Below, piece by piece: positions 31,897 to 32,000 of a DNA stretch of 32,000 bases. Numbering within the stretch: position 1 is the first letter of the stretch; each line of letters begins with the position of its first letter. Origin of the DNA: Nitrosococcus oceani ATCC 19707 (GTDB lineage: Bacteria > Pseudomonadota > Gammaproteobacteria > Nitrosococcales > Nitrosococcaceae); NCBI RefSeq assembly GCF_000012805.1, contig NC_007484.1, positions 930,001-962,000 of the forward strand, in the 5' to 3' direction. The translations under genes and the position numbers were made by a program. Below the pieces are notes generated by a model that did no database searches, was not told the DNA's origin, and saw only the letters and a list, made by a program, of their open reading frames with translations.

Positions 31897-32000
31897 ATGA
31901 AACTTAAAGCATTAATTTTTGATCTCGACGGAACCTTTGCCGAAACGGAACGAGATGGGCATCGGGTGGCGTTTAACCGGGCCTTTGGCGAAGCGAGGGT
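31897..32000 (+). CDS. HAD-superfamily hydrolase, CbbY-like; 5' part only, truncated by the window end
   Basis: MKLKALIFDLDGTFAETERDGHRVAFNRAF contains HAD motif I (DxDGT), in a context typical of CbbY-type phosphatases. Confidence 0.65.
   Translation, partial: MKLKALIFDLDGTFAETERDGHRVAFNRAFGEAR

Overview
Chromosomal window from a gammaproteobacterium, about 50% GC by eye. A Nitrosococcus/Chromatiales-like origin is only a guess.

(1) Positions 1-7754 are a conserved plus-strand housekeeping block: tilS-pyrG-kdsA-eno-ftsB-ispD-ispF-truD.

(2) The block ends after truD. A convergent minus-strand operon follows (7990-12216) and is the best candidate for an undescribed system. It has a Fur-like box over its promoter and three genes:
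- a TonB-dependent receptor with the heme-receptor FRAP/NPNL signature;
- a 97-aa His-rich unknown ORF;
- a signal-peptide-bearing 558-aa protein made of four CbiX/class II chelatase-like half-domains, two of them degenerate.
No ABC transporter, periplasmic binding protein or heme oxygenase lies in the locus.

(3) Two identical 902-bp IS630-family elements (12539-13440 and 28895-29796) sit in direct orientation. Both have TA target duplications, 15/17 terminal inverted repeats and a transposase split at an A8 run.

(4) The two copies bracket about 15.5 kb, mostly core genes: a GGDEF-EAL protein, cysG, gdhA, nadC, ampD, a PduO-type adenosyltransferase, hspQ, a mazG-family gene, hslR, a DUF2934 gene, a YheT-like hydrolase and acs. 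The same interval holds a decayed, AT-rich islet of about 3 kb at tRNA-Arg(CCT). The islet carries a frameshifted DUF262/DUF1524 (GmrSD-like) nuclease gene, a 41-codon integrase stub and a cluster of GGCTAG repeats.

(5) The right end has an orphan, highly structured region of about 200 nt ending in an intrinsic terminator, then a typical 2-Cys peroxiredoxin, dksA and the start of a CbbY-like HAD hydrolase.

No CRISPR array or rRNA was seen. All calls rest on motif recognition and manual reading; no database search was run.
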